Below are positions 9,491 to 19,998 of a DNA stretch of 64,000 nucleotides, one piece after another. The notes under the pieces are model-generated. The model saw only the letters and a program-made list of their open reading frames with translations. It was not told the DNA's origin and did not search any database. This DNA is from Candidatus Binatia bacterium. GTDB taxonomy: Bacteria > Desulfobacterota > Binatia > HRBIN30. The stretch lies in contig JBBRSP010000028.1 of the NCBI GenBank assembly GCA_038245295.1, positions 18,732-82,731 on the forward strand, read 5' to 3'. A program made the translations under genes and the position numbers. How positions within the stretch are numbered: position 1 is the stretch's first letter; every line of letters begins with the position of its first letter.

Positions 9491-9516
9491 GTCGAGCCGA
9501 CTTGTGTCGGCTCGAC
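9491..9516. promoter_or_regulatory. Perfect 11-bp hairpin upstream of the oxidase operon
   Basis: gtcgagccgac-ttgt-gtcggctcgac, 30 nt upstream of the subunit II start; function unknown. Confidence 0.45.
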
Positions 9517-9658
9517 GCGTAACCAATGGAACTTCGGAGTGAGTTGCGGGTCCCGGGTACTATAGCGATCGCCAGCAAGTCAACGTCCACCTCATTCGTT
9601 CGGCTACTTGATCTTACGAGTTTTCCTTACGCAAGCAGGATCGACGACGGAGTGGCAG

Positions 9659-11635
9659 TCACTTGCCGAGACGCATCAACGCACCCGACTCGAAGATCGT
9701 CGGATCAATCGGCAAACGCCGGATATAGGTTCCCTTCTCGGTGACCCGTGCGCCGCCGAGGCTGGCGCGATTCATCTTGAAGTTCTCCGCGACGTTCCAC
9801 GGTCGCGGCTCGCACTCGAGGGATTCAGCATCGGCTTGCGCTCCGGTCACCTGGTTGATGCGACCCAAGACCTGGTAGGTCGAGATATGATCGCCGGTCC
9901 AGGCAAACTTGCGGTGATACGAGCCGTCCCACGTTTCCGCGTCGATCCACAACTCGATACGTCCGAAGAGGTAGTACTTGTCGCGCGGCCGGCCTTCGAC
10001 GATCCACACCGGCCGGCGCGCCAGCACCGCCGAAGGCATCGCCCACGGAACGCCCGTCCAGCCCTTCATCTCGAAGCCGTAGTAATTGGTCTCCTTGCCG
10101 ACGACTTCCCAACCACCGCCGGGGACAGGCTGCGGCTTGCAACTGCCGGAGACGGCGTCGGGATCGAGCAGGCGCAATGCGTCGCGTTGTTCGACCAGCT
10201 TCCAATCGAACTCCTGCGGTTTGCCGTCGAAGAAGTTGCCATCGTCGGCACAGACGTCGGTGCCGAGATATCCATCCGAACGGTTGGCCGGACTGACGGC
10301 GCGGACGCGGCGCAGCGCCGGCACAAAGGCCCAGTTGGAATCGCGCTTCTCGGGATCGTGATAACGCCAGGTCAGCGACGCCGTTCCTTGCAAGTCAGCC
10401 GGCGCCAACACGAAGCCGAGGAACTGTTCCTGCAAGTCGAGAGGATTCTCGGCCGGCCGGTACTTCGGCGAGGCGCCCTGGTAATACAGGTACCAACCTT
10501 CGGCGGCGAGTTGTCGCTCGACACCTTTGGCGCTCATCATCACCAAGCGGTTGTGGGTATGGACATTGCCTTCGTACCAGACGGCGACGGCCTGATTCCA
10601 AACCACTTTGACACCCGCCTTCGGATCTTTGATGTCGATGTTCGGGAACGGAATGCCGTAAAGGTACGGCGGTTGTTGTCCGGTGGACTTGTCGATGATC
10701 GTGCCGCGATCGTCGACGGTGAACCGATCGGCGTTGGCCTTGGTGGCAGCGACCCACGCCGCCTCCCACCGCGGTCCACCCGACGGGTAACTGACGATCT
10801 TGTTGCGATACCCACCCTGCTCGTAATGTCGCAGGATTTCCGGTGGCAACAGATCCTGGGCCAGCTGAGCGTTCTCCCGCCCAAGCGTGTCACCCGGATG
10901 GAGTGCGCCGGCCGCCGCCGGTTCCTTCTTCTCGACCTCGGGCGGGATGGTTGGTGTCGCCGCGACCGCCGCAGTCTTGGTGGCCTTTAGAGCGGTTGCC
11001 GTCGCCGCGGCCGTGGTCGCCGATGTTGGCGAAGCTATCGCGGCACGAGTCGTCGGTGTCGCGGCTTTTTCGACCGCCGTTTTCGCGGCGACGGTCGGCA
11101 CGGCAGTCGGCGGCTTGGGCGGCGCCGCGACCGGCTCAGAGGCTGGCTTGGCGGCGGCCGCGGCACCACCGGCTGCAACGACAGCAGCGCTCCATACCCA
11201 TCCGTCCTCTCCCTGTGCTGTGCGCACATGGTAGAACCCGCGGGTCGGTGCCGGATCCACCAAGTCCAGTGTCTCCCCTTCGTTCAGCATGCGAACCGGA
11301 GCTTGCCGGGTCGACGCGTCACTTCGCAGGCTGGCCCCCTGCAGAAGTTGCAGTCGCGCACCTTCGGTGCCGGCGAGCCGATCAAGGCGCACGTTGCGCG
11401 CCCACGCCCAGCCGGTTTCATCTTTCCTGGTGTGGACCTTGTAGTAGCCGTTTTCGAACACCAAACCCGGAAGGTCTACGGGTTCTCCCGCAGGCAACAA
11501 TCGCAGTGGCTGTCGGTTCATTGACGCATCGGGTCGCAGGTTGGAGTTTCTTTTGATTACCGCTGTTTGCGCGCTTGCCGCGCCCACCCCACGTATAATC
11601 GAGGCTCCTACCAGCACACGTCGAACGATTGGCAT
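9659..11635 (-). CDS. DUF1329-domain protein with two N-terminal SH3b-like domains and an Ala/Pro/Thr linker
   Basis: Two NLR/SLR...GE.(V/L)D...G(Y/F)Y.V.T...GW.W repeats; C-terminal GIPFP, WAFVPALRRVR, RPVWIVEGRPRDKYY; paralogous to 57768-59060. Confidence 0.8.
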   Translation of the reverse strand: MPIVRRVLVGASIIRGVGAASAQTAVIKRNSNLRPDASMNRQPLRLLPAGEPVDLPGLVFENGYYKVHTRKDETGWAWARNVRLDRLAGTEGARLQLLQGASLRSDASTRQAPVRMLNEGETLDLVDPAPTRGFYHVRTAQGEDGWVWSAAVVAAGGAAAAAKPASEPVAAPPKPPTAVPTVAAKTAVEKAATPTTRAAIASPTSATTAAATATALKATKTAAVAATPTIPPEVEKKEPAAAGALHPGDTLGRENAQLAQDLLPPEILRHYEQGGYRNKIVSYPSGGPRWEAAWVAATKANADRFTVDDRGTIIDKSTGQQPPYLYGIPFPNIDIKDPKAGVKVVWNQAVAVWYEGNVHTHNRLVMMSAKGVERQLAAEGWYLYYQGASPKYRPAENPLDLQEQFLGFVLAPADLQGTASLTWRYHDPEKRDSNWAFVPALRRVRAVSPANRSDGYLGTDVCADDGNFFDGKPQEFDWKLVEQRDALRLLDPDAVSGSCKPQPVPGGGWEVVGKETNYYGFEMKGWTGVPWAMPSAVLARRPVWIVEGRPRDKYYLFGRIELWIDAETWDGSYHRKFAWTGDHISTYQVLGRINQVTGAQADAESLECEPRPWNVAENFKMNRASLGGARVTEKGTYIRRLPIDPTIFESGALMRLGK

Positions 11636-11797
11636 TGGACCATCTCCCCTTCCCTAGATGCTCCCCAAGTCCGCCTCGGTGGCGTGCGCTACCATCTTTT
11701 GGCAGCCGAGGGCAATCTGTAGGCGGTCACTCCTTGACCTTCGCCCAGCCAACCAGCATCCTGCGCCACCCATGCTCCAAGCGAAACGAGAAGACGA

Positions 11798-13009
11798 ATG
11801 CTGACCCGCCGCGAATTTCATCACCTATCGCTGCTCACGGTCGCCGGATTGTTCGGTTGCCGTTCGTCGTCCGACTACACCCCGGCCGATATTGCCAATC
11901 TTGATAACCAGAAGCAGCGCGAGGCGACTCAATCGGGCCACGGACCGTTCGGTCGGCTGCGCTTCGACGGTTATCGCGGTCTCAGCAAACTGCCCTACTT
12001 CGACATGGGCGATGACGGATTCCTGCACACCAAGATCGACTTGCCCGAGGTCATCGATTTTCACGCTCACCTTGGATGGTCCTACCTGTTCGCACCACGC
12101 GTCGACCTGAAGCGGCGCACCGAACGGACGCAGTACCTCATGGATTGTGATGCGCAGACGCCGCCCTGCCCGCTCGACCTGGATGTGTACGTCAACGCCA
12201 ACTTCTCAGAGTCGATGCACGAACAATTGCAGAACGAGACCGTCCGCAGTTTGACGTTCGGCAGTAGCGCCGCAGCCACACATACAGCACCCAACCTGAT
12301 CGCCGAAATGCAAGCCGCGAAGGTGAGCCGAGCCGCGATCCTTCCGATTGCGCCCGGGCTGCCGTTCAGCGGTGACCCAACGCTACAGGTTCTCGACGTC
12401 ATCGCGGCGCTCGGCCTGTCGGAACCGCTGATCCCGTTCGCCTCGGTGCATCCGCACGCCTCGAACAAGATCGAGCAGCTGCGCCAGTACAAGGCACGCG
12501 GCGTCCGCGGCGTAAAACTGCACCCGGAAATGCAACGCTTCTTTCCAGACGAACGCGGCGCCCTGGAGATCTACGAAGAGTGCGGCAAACTCGACCTACC
12601 GATCATTTTCCACGCCGGACGCTCGGGGATTGAGCCGGAGTTCATGCGGCCCTACGCTTTGATTCGACGGTACGATCGCGGCATGGCCGACTTCCCCCAT
12701 GTGAGGTTCGTCCTTGGTCACGCCGGCGCTCGCGACGTCGCCGACGCCATCCCGATCGCCCAGAAACATGACAATGTCTGGCTTGAGCTATCGAGCCAGG
12801 GCGTCACACAGATCCACGAGTTGTTGCAACAGGTGGGCAGTGGCAAGTTACTGTACGGCACCGATTGGCCATTCTACCCGCTGGCGGTCGCCCTGGCGAA
12901 AGTACTGTTGGTAACCGAGGGGGACGCGACCGCGCGCACCGCCATTCTCGGTGGAAACGCCAAGCAGCTGCTGACGAGTCGTGTCACTGTGGCGCTCCCC
13001 GTGCCTTGA
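11798..13009 (+). CDS. Amidohydrolase_2 family protein, predicted Tat-exported lipoprotein
   Basis: MLTRREF twin-Arg, LFGC lipobox-like, IDFHAH, GVKLHP, IFHAG, LGHAG, YGTDWPF. Confidence 0.85.
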   Translation: MLTRREFHHLSLLTVAGLFGCRSSSDYTPADIANLDNQKQREATQSGHGPFGRLRFDGYRGLSKLPYFDMGDDGFLHTKIDLPEVIDFHAHLGWSYLFAPRVDLKRRTERTQYLMDCDAQTPPCPLDLDVYVNANFSESMHEQLQNETVRSLTFGSSAAATHTAPNLIAEMQAAKVSRAAILPIAPGLPFSGDPTLQVLDVIAALGLSEPLIPFASVHPHASNKIEQLRQYKARGVRGVKLHPEMQRFFPDERGALEIYEECGKLDLPIIFHAGRSGIEPEFMRPYALIRRYDRGMADFPHVRFVLGHAGARDVADAIPIAQKHDNVWLELSSQGVTQIHELLQQVGSGKLLYGTDWPFYPLAVALAKVLLVTEGDATARTAILGGNAKQLLTSRVTVALPVP

Positions 13010-13142
13010 CGCGAAACGACGCAGATTGGCAAATCGTCCATTCTGTTCCGCTCCGATCGCTATTTTCGCGCCTATCGACACCCTTGGACGATACCCATCG
13101 CGCTAAGGCGAGGTGGCATGTGCGTTGCTGAAGCAATGGCCA

Positions 13143-14408
13143 ATGGATGTATTGGAGTCCAAACAACGTAGCATCGTGCTGCTGCGTTGGGCGCTGATCT
13201 TGGCCTTCGGCTACCTGACGGTGGTCGATGCCGCGGCCAGCAACCAGGTAACCGGCCTGGCGATTCTCCTGGTCCTGGCACTCGGCTCGAATCTCCTGTT
13301 GGCGCGTTTTCCAAGCAGCTGGGTCCCAAGCCGTTGGTTCGATATCGGCCTGGTGTTGTTCGACTCCGCCTGGGTAACACTCGGCCTCTTGTGGGCCCCG
13401 CAGAGCTCGAGCGATCTCTTCCTTCTGTACTTCTTCGTCATCTTTGTTGCGGCGGTGGGCGAATCACTCAAAGTCATCGTTGGAAGCGCCGCATTGGTCA
13501 GCGTCGTATACACGCTGATGCTGTCGAGCCAATCGGCCAACGGAATCGGAACGACGGCGCTGCTGCGGATCCCCTTCTTATTCGCCGTCGCTCTCTTTTA
13601 TGGGTATTTCGTCACAAAGATCCGCGACGAGCGGCGGCAGGCAAACGAGTCGCACCTACGAGAGCGTGCCCGTATCGATTTTCTCGCAGCGACGAGTCAC
13701 GACCTGCACGGACCTCTAGGCAATGCGCAGAGTATGCTCGAGCTGGCGCTCGACGTGGCATCGTCGGAAACGGTCGATCGAGAGCTCTTGATGCGCGCCC
13801 AGGTCAACGTGCAACGCGTAAACTCTCTCGTCTCAAATCTGTTTCAGGCCGCCTGCCTGGAGGCGGGTGAGGTGCAGCTGCGCATCGCGCCGATGGAGAT
13901 CAGTCCGATCATCCGGGATGTCCTGCAGAACAGCCAGGTGGCGGCGCAAGTCAAAAGCATTCGACTGTCGGAGCTGCTGGAACCTCGATTACCACTGGTG
14001 GCCGTTGACCAACTGCAGCTCGGCCGCATTCTGTCGAACCTGGTCGACAACGCCATCAAGTATACGGCTCCTGGCGGCAGCGTCGTGGTCAGCGCCGAAG
14101 CGACACACAAGGACCTGCACATTCGTGTCACCGATTCCGGTCGCGGCATGACCACCGAGGAATGTGCCGCCATCTTTGCGGCCTATCGACGCGTCAACCT
14201 GGACGACTACACACCCGGAACCGGCCTTGGCTTGTCGATTGCCAAGCAACTCGCCGAGGCACTTGGCGGATCGATTTGTGTTGCGAGTGAGCTCGGCGCC
14301 GGTTCGACCTTCGAGGTTAGGTTGCCGCGCGTCGATGCGCGTCTCGATCAAGGCGAGCGACGCGCCTTGACGCCGGCCGTCATGGCAACAGTTACGAATC
14401 GCGCCTGA
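13143..14408 (+). CDS. Membrane sensor histidine kinase (no adjacent response regulator)
   Basis: Multi-TM N-terminus, SHDLHGPL H-box, NLVDNAIKY, DSGRG, GTGLGL, GSTF. Confidence 0.92.
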   Translation: MDVLESKQRSIVLLRWALILAFGYLTVVDAAASNQVTGLAILLVLALGSNLLLARFPSSWVPSRWFDIGLVLFDSAWVTLGLLWAPQSSSDLFLLYFFVIFVAAVGESLKVIVGSAALVSVVYTLMLSSQSANGIGTTALLRIPFLFAVALFYGYFVTKIRDERRQANESHLRERARIDFLAATSHDLHGPLGNAQSMLELALDVASSETVDRELLMRAQVNVQRVNSLVSNLFQAACLEAGEVQLRIAPMEISPIIRDVLQNSQVAAQVKSIRLSELLEPRLPLVAVDQLQLGRILSNLVDNAIKYTAPGGSVVVSAEATHKDLHIRVTDSGRGMTTEECAAIFAAYRRVNLDDYTPGTGLGLSIAKQLAEALGGSICVASELGAGSTFEVRLPRVDARLDQGERRALTPAVMATVTNRA

Positions 14409-15534
14409 CTTTAGAAGCGACAGCCATCACAAACCGGTCGATGTCGTTCTCGCTCGTGTAGATATGCGGGGCAACGCGAATGCCACCGCCGCGGACGCGC
14501 ACGACGAAGCCGCGCTGATCCAGGGCATTGGCCATGCCTTGAGGGTCGCCGGCACCGCGAAACACAACAATCCCCGACCGCGCGTCGTTCTCCCAAGGGC
14601 TGATGATCTCGGCACCTTGGCGACGCAGGGCCTCGGCAAGCCGATCGGTGAGCTCGAACAGTCTTGATTCGATGACCGACGGACCAATCTCGAGCAGTAA
14701 ATCCACCGCCGCCCCCAAGGCGTGGGTACTGAGATGGGAGGGGCTTCCCGGTTCGAACCTGGCGGCGTCCGATCGCGCCGGGTCAAAGTGATAGGGCAGA
14801 TACGTTTCGGTATCGACGACGCTTTTCCAGCCGTGCAAGACCGAAGAGACGCGCTCGAGGGCGCGCTGTGCAACATACAGAAAGCCGCAGCCTTCGGGCC
14901 CGAGAAGCCACTTGTGTCCGCCGACGGCGAGACAGTCGATGCCGCTTGCCTCGACGTCGAGTTGCAGCGCGCCGACGCCCTGGATTCCATCAACACAAAA
15001 GAGGATTCCCTGGGCCCGGCACAACGCCCCCAAGGCGGCGAGATCGGTGCGTGCACCGCTACTCCAGTCGACGAAGCTGACGCTGACGACACGCGTCCGC
15101 GCATCAATACAGTGGCGAATGTCGTCGACATGAGCGCGGCCGCGACGCGTCGGCGCGAGGCGTGTTTCGACGTCCCAGCGCCGCAGCCCAAACCAGGGAT
15201 AGACGTTGGATGGATACTCGCCGTCAATCGCGACGACGTTGTCGCCAGGCTGCCACTCGAGACCAGCGGCGACGAGGGAAAGTCCTTCGGACGTATTCTT
15301 GACGAACGCGACTTCCGTCGACTGGGCACCAATCAGGCGCGCAACGGCGGCGCGGATCTCTTCGGTTCGGTCCTCCCATCCCCGCTGCGTGGCTTCGTCG
15401 GAGACCAGTGCCTCCTGCACAAATCGTTGCACCGCCACCGCAACACGCCGCGAGATCGGCGATACGCCGGCGGAATTGAGGTGGGTGAGCTTTTCGGTGA
15501 TGGGGAACTCGCGGCGTAGCTGTTGCCAATCCAT
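14392..15534 (-). CDS. Class V PLP-dependent aminotransferase/cysteine desulfurase-like enzyme
   Basis: HLNSAG, KNTSEG, EYPSN, VDGIQGVG, GGHKWLLGPEG (PLP Lys), RVAPHIY. Confidence 0.9.
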   Translation of the reverse strand: MDWQQLRREFPITEKLTHLNSAGVSPISRRVAVAVQRFVQEALVSDEATQRGWEDRTEEIRAAVARLIGAQSTEVAFVKNTSEGLSLVAAGLEWQPGDNVVAIDGEYPSNVYPWFGLRRWDVETRLAPTRRGRAHVDDIRHCIDARTRVVSVSFVDWSSGARTDLAALGALCRAQGILFCVDGIQGVGALQLDVEASGIDCLAVGGHKWLLGPEGCGFLYVAQRALERVSSVLHGWKSVVDTETYLPYHFDPARSDAARFEPGSPSHLSTHALGAAVDLLLEIGPSVIESRLFELTDRLAEALRRQGAEIISPWENDARSGIVVFRGAGDPQGMANALDQRGFVVRVRGGGIRVAPHIYTSENDIDRFVMAVASKVRRDS

Positions 15535-15653
15535 TCCGACTCTCTATCGGGTCGGCGCGCCGGAGCAAAGCGGTGTGATTTCCACGGCGGTGATTGGACG
15601 GACGCGAGTGGAAGTCAATTGACACCTGACGTCAACGTCGATAGCGGCAGACC

Positions 15654-16565
15654 ATGCGTATCGTCGTTTCCGAAAATGAAGCTGGCATGCGGGTCGATAC
15701 GCTGGTGGCGCGCACGTTGCCGCATGGATCAAGACGTCAGGCTGCGGAAGCAATTGCGGCGGGGCAGATACGCATCAACGAAAGGCGCTGCCGTAAAGGT
15801 GCCTTCGCAGCGACCGGCGACGTCATCGACATCGCCGAGAGTGCCGCCGCACCACCAACGGTGATCCCCAATTCGAATTTGCCGGTGACCGTCCTTTACG
15901 AGGACCAAGCTTTGATCGCCATCGATAAGCCCGCCGGGATGCCATCGTATCCGTTACGCGCGGATGAGATCAACACGGCAGCCAACTTCCTCATGGCATA
16001 TGATGCGCGACAGGCTGGGGTGGCGACGGCGCTCGAGGCCGGACTCGTGCATCGGTTGGACACCGATACCTCAGGAGTTCTCCTGGCGGCCCGCACGGCC
16101 GACGCGTATGCCGAGCTGCGGCGCCAATTTCGCGAACGTTCGATTCTCAAGCGCTACACCGCACTGGTGCAAGGAATCATCGAACAGGGCGGCGAGATCG
16201 TCATCCCCCTTGAGCCGAGTGGCAAGAACTCACAACGCATGCGGCCGGCGCGCACGCCGAACGACGGCCGCGCAGCACTCACCATCTACCGGCCCTTGCG
16301 GCGCTTCGCCGCGCATACGTTGCTGGAAGTCGAAATTGTAACCGGCGTCATGCATCAGATCCGCGCCCATTTGGGAGCGATCGGACATCCGGTTGCGGCG
16401 GATGGACTCTATGGTGGGCTGCCACTGGGTGGCCTGACGCGGCACTTCCTGCATGCCACCCGGTTAGGCATCCAACATCCCCTCACGCATCGCGCGTTGG
16501 AAATAAACAGCCCGCTACCGGCCGAGTTGGAGGCGGTGCTGCGCTCGCTGGAACAGGTCAGCTAG
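15654..16565 (+). CDS. RluA/RluD-family pseudouridine synthase with S4 domain
   Basis: IDKPAG, VHRLDTDTSG, TGVMHQIRAHL, FLHA. Confidence 0.93.
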   Translation: MRIVVSENEAGMRVDTLVARTLPHGSRRQAAEAIAAGQIRINERRCRKGAFAATGDVIDIAESAAAPPTVIPNSNLPVTVLYEDQALIAIDKPAGMPSYPLRADEINTAANFLMAYDARQAGVATALEAGLVHRLDTDTSGVLLAARTADAYAELRRQFRERSILKRYTALVQGIIEQGGEIVIPLEPSGKNSQRMRPARTPNDGRAALTIYRPLRRFAAHTLLEVEIVTGVMHQIRAHLGAIGHPVAADGLYGGLPLGGLTRHFLHATRLGIQHPLTHRALEINSPLPAELEAVLRSLEQVS

Positions 16566-16577
16566 GCGCGGGCGAGC

Positions 16578-16928
16578 TCAGGCGGCTTTGCCCTTACCTT
16601 TGGATTTCGAGCAGGACGAGCAGATATTCTGCAGATTGTTGGGATCCTCAACCAGTCCCTCGTCCATGTTGTGACAGATCTTCCGGCACTCGAAGCAGAT
16701 GAAGTAGATTCCTTCGATCGTCTTATTGATGCGTTCGCGATTCAGGATACGACCTTTGAGCTTGGCCACACGGATGCCCAGGAGGTCTTCATACTGACGC
16801 TTGATCTTGCGACGTCCGGCTTCGTCTTTGGGAAGATCTCCCTCTTCCTCGGCTTCCGGCCCGCCCTCGTCTTCGAAGATTCGCAATCCCTTCTTCGAGG
16901 ACTTCTCCTTTTTCGGCGTACGACCCAT
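16578..16928 (-). CDS. Small charged protein with CxxC...CxxC putative zinc finger
   Basis: CFECRKICH...CSSC; Lys/Glu-rich N-terminus; co-oriented with the upstream microprotein gene. Confidence 0.75.
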   Translation of the reverse strand: MGRTPKKEKSSKKGLRIFEDEGGPEAEEEGDLPKDEAGRRKIKRQYEDLLGIRVAKLKGRILNRERINKTIEGIYFICFECRKICHNMDEGLVEDPNNLQNICSSCSKSKGKGKAA

Positions 16929-16949
16929 GGAGCTGGTTCCGGTATCTTT

Positions 16950-17117
16950 TTAGCGTGTGCGCTGCGAGTAACCGCAGTTCTTCTCACACACCCAGAAGAA
17001 GCCGCGCGGCCCAAAACCGGTGTACATCGTCACCTTCGCTTCGCTTTTGCAGCTGGGGCAAAGGCGCTTTTGAATCGGTGATGACTTTTCTGCTGTTTTT
17101 GCTTTTTTCTCGGCCAT
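16950..17117 (-). CDS. 55-aa zinc-ribbon microprotein (below the ORF-track cutoff)
   Basis: MAEKKAKTAEKSSPIQKRLCPSCKSEAKVTMYTGFGPRGFFWVCEKNCGYSQRTR*; AGGAGG RBS 7 nt upstream. Confidence 0.8.
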   Translation of the reverse strand: MAEKKAKTAEKSSPIQKRLCPSCKSEAKVTMYTGFGPRGFFWVCEKNCGYSQRTR

Positions 17118-17238
17118 TGCCGTACCTCCTAATTACACGGGCTCTCGGGTAGAGCCCTCCGAGCTAGGCCGGGGGCACTAGCCAAGCGGGCGCGGGGTGT
17201 CAATTCATCGGAAGTGCGGCGCCAGTCGCGAACATGGC

Positions 17239-19785
17239 TCATTCCGTCTGGCATGCCTGGTTGCAACCGTCGCCGTTGACGCGACCGCCGTCGTCACAGG
17301 TTTCATGGTCGCTCTCGATGATTCCGTTGCCGCAGGTGCTGGGGCGACACTGCAGCACCAGCGAGTCCGCATCAACCTTGCCGGATGCCAACGTGGCGTT
17401 GAGGCGCAGCGGACGCAACGCAGGCTTTGGGCCGGAGGCTGCCAGTCGTAGCGGCACCACGATTGGCAGGCCCGGACTGCAACGGTTGCTCGGCGTGTAC
17501 AGCGCGCCGATGTGCGTCGGCACGCCCGAGCGGTAGATCGTCAGGTTGAACCCGCTTCCTGAAAACGCCCCTTCGACCGTCGACAGGTTGGCGATGTCGG
17601 CTACGTCGGTACTGAGAGGCTTCGGACGTTTAACCTCGACCGCCGTTACGCCCGGGCTGTTGCACTCCAAGTAGCGCGGGTCGGAGTTGTTCAAACAGAT
17701 GTAAGTCGTAAACGTGCATTGTTTATTGGTGAGGTCCGGATCACTGTCGCAGCGCGGATCACCTTCCCAACAAACGGCGCGATTCTTCGGGATCCCCTGT
17801 TTCGTCAAAGCCGGCACCGGTTGCACGAGCCATTCGACGCTGCAGTCGGTCAGCTTCGGGCCGCGTCCAGGCACACATTGGTTGCCCGGGGCGCTGCCGA
17901 CACACGGTGGCGTGACTGTCACTGTCGGGGTTGCCGTATTCGTTACGGACGGCACACCGGTCGACGTGATCGACGGCGTCGCCGTCACCGTCGGTGTATT
18001 CGTCACCGTCGACGTGGCTGTTGCCGTGAGGGTCGGGGTTGAGGTGCGTGTCGGCGTCACCGTGCGCGTGCTCGTCTGTGTCGGCGTGTTTGTACGAGTG
18101 TTGGTTGGCGTCCGTGTGACCGTCGGCGTTTTCGTCGGCGTTGACGTGCTTGTAGGTGTTTCCGTCGGGCTGTCGGTCGGCGTCTCGGTGTGAGTCGGAG
18201 TATCGGTCACCGTCGGGGTTTGAGTGACGGTCGCGGTCACCGTAGGCGTCGAGCTGATCAGCGGCGTATTCGTCGAGGTCGGCGTTGCGGTCGACGGCGG
18301 CGTCGGCGTTGAAGTTGCCGTCGCGGTCGGCAGCGGCGTGTTGGTGATGGTCGATGTCGGCGTGAACGTGAAGGTCGCGGTCGGCAGCGGCGTATCGGTC
18401 GATGTCGGCGTTGGCGTGCTCGTGAAAGTCGACGTGGCGGTCATCGTCGGCGTCGCATTCGACTTCACGATGGTCAATGTGTCGAAGACCGCATTGTTGT
18501 TGTCGATCGCCTGCATCGTCAGCGTCGTGTTGTTGACGATTCGCACGGCGACGTGCTGGAACTTCGAGAAAGAACAATATTGCCCACCGACGCCGTTGGC
18601 GCAGGTGTTGGAGACCCACGGGCAATAGGACTTCGAGCCGAAGGGTGGCGAGCGGTAGGCGCCGCCGCCGTCCGAGCTGCAAGCGCCGTCCAGCGATGAG
18701 CCACCGCCGCCGGTCATGATATACCGGGTGCCTCGGCCATCGCTGCCCTTCGAGCCGTTTTGGAGATACTCGTCCCAGAACTTGCTGCGCTCGTAGCCAT
18801 GGTCGTGACCGGTGAAAACGATATCAACGCCATAGTATTCGAACAGCGGCGAGAACAACGCCTGGACGCTCGTGTTGCTTCCGAACGATGCAAGCCCGTC
18901 GGCACAAGAATACGGAGTCTGGTGCAAGAAGACGAAAACCCATTTCCGTGTATTGGCTTGCAGGTCGGCCTCAAGCCAGTCGTGTTGTTGTGACGTCAAC
19001 GCGGGAGGATTGACGTCGAGCCCGATGAAGTGGGCATCCCCGTTGTCGAACGACCACCAGCGTTCCTCTTGGCCGGCGGGCGCGTTGCGCGGGAGTTGGA
19101 AGAGCTTGATCTCGACGGAGTTCGCCCAGTTGCTCGCCCCGGCGCTATTTAGATCGTGATTACCCAGGGTCGGCATGAAGAGGGCGCGTTTGAATGGGTT
19201 TGAGTAGTACGGCAGGTTGTTGTCCCAGTCGCTCTGCGTACCGTTCGTGTAGACATTGTCGCCGACCGTCAGGATCATCGGCGGGTCGGAGGCATTTTGG
19301 TTGTTCGACACCTGCTGCTCGGCGGTGCTCTGTTGGCCCCAGTCGCCGACGACAGTGAAGAAGTGATCGGTCGGGTCTCCCGGAGCGCGCATCGTCGTAA
19401 AGTAGATGCCCGACGAGACGGCCTGCACGACCGCGCCGTTGGTCTTCAGTTGATAGAAATATTTCGTATTCGCGCTCAGTCCCGTGAGCGTCACGGAGTG
19501 ACAGGTACCGGCGCTACCGATTTCGCAACTCCCCGTTTGCGCGACGGTCGCCGTGGAGCCGAGGCCCGTCGTGGTGCCGTATTCGACGCTGCTATCGCCG
19601 GCGCTGCTGGTCCACCAAACGATCGTCATCTTAGAGGTGACGGCATCGGGGTTCTGGATGAACGGCCCGCGGCTAAGGGTTTGCCCCAGCGCCGACCAGG
19701 CACAACCGGCCACCAGGCTCACGACCAAGGCAGAGTGCCATGCTGCACGTTTGATTCGCCGCGCCGGTATAGTGATCACCAACAA
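17239..19785 (-). CDS. Secreted purple-acid-phosphatase-like metallophosphoesterase with FN3-like domain, Thr/Pro linker and Cys-rich C-terminus
   Basis: [21 protein letters not shown]; long TPT linker; terminal CGNGIIE...CDDG...GDGCNQAC (myxobacterial Cys-rich repeat). Confidence 0.88.
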   Translation of the reverse strand: MLVITIPARRIKRAAWHSALVVSLVAGCAWSALGQTLSRGPFIQNPDAVTSKMTIVWWTSSAGDSSVEYGTTTGLGSTATVAQTGSCEIGSAGTCHSVTLTGLSANTKYFYQLKTNGAVVQAVSSGIYFTTMRAPGDPTDHFFTVVGDWGQQSTAEQQVSNNQNASDPPMILTVGDNVYTNGTQSDWDNNLPYYSNPFKRALFMPTLGNHDLNSAGASNWANSVEIKLFQLPRNAPAGQEERWWSFDNGDAHFIGLDVNPPALTSQQHDWLEADLQANTRKWVFVFLHQTPYSCADGLASFGSNTSVQALFSPLFEYYGVDIVFTGHDHGYERSKFWDEYLQNGSKGSDGRGTRYIMTGGGGSSLDGACSSDGGGAYRSPPFGSKSYCPWVSNTCANGVGGQYCSFSKFQHVAVRIVNNTTLTMQAIDNNNAVFDTLTIVKSNATPTMTATSTFTSTPTPTSTDTPLPTATFTFTPTSTITNTPLPTATATSTPTPPSTATPTSTNTPLISSTPTVTATVTQTPTVTDTPTHTETPTDSPTETPTSTSTPTKTPTVTRTPTNTRTNTPTQTSTRTVTPTRTSTPTLTATATSTVTNTPTVTATPSITSTGVPSVTNTATPTVTVTPPCVGSAPGNQCVPGRGPKLTDCSVEWLVQPVPALTKQGIPKNRAVCWEGDPRCDSDPDLTNKQCTFTTYICLNNSDPRYLECNSPGVTAVEVKRPKPLSTDVADIANLSTVEGAFSGSGFNLTIYRSGVPTHIGALYTPSNRCSPGLPIVVPLRLAASGPKPALRPLRLNATLASGKVDADSLVLQCRPSTCGNGIIESDHETCDDGGRVNGDGCNQACQTE

Positions 19786-19998
19786 CTCCCTCGGGATCTG
19801 TACGTAACCCGGTGCCGTACAGGCTCGAGGTGAGATTTGTCAACCAATTTGGTGCTGAACGGTTCCGATTTGACCCTATCCGACCGGTGATGCGACGGCT
19901 CGAGCACCCACAGAACGAACAAGTCGGTCGACCGGTCAAGGAATCGGCACGCACAACATGCTTGCCCCAACTCGTCCGAGTTTGGTACTGCCGCGCCC

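Noticed and set aside
9558..9583. TTGACT...TATAGT promoter for the oxidase operon
   Set aside because: Spacer is only 13 nt, too short for sigma70
17915..18460. Low-complexity GTCGGC-rich DNA as a repeat element
   Set aside because: Explained by the Thr/Pro linker of the metallophosphoesterase
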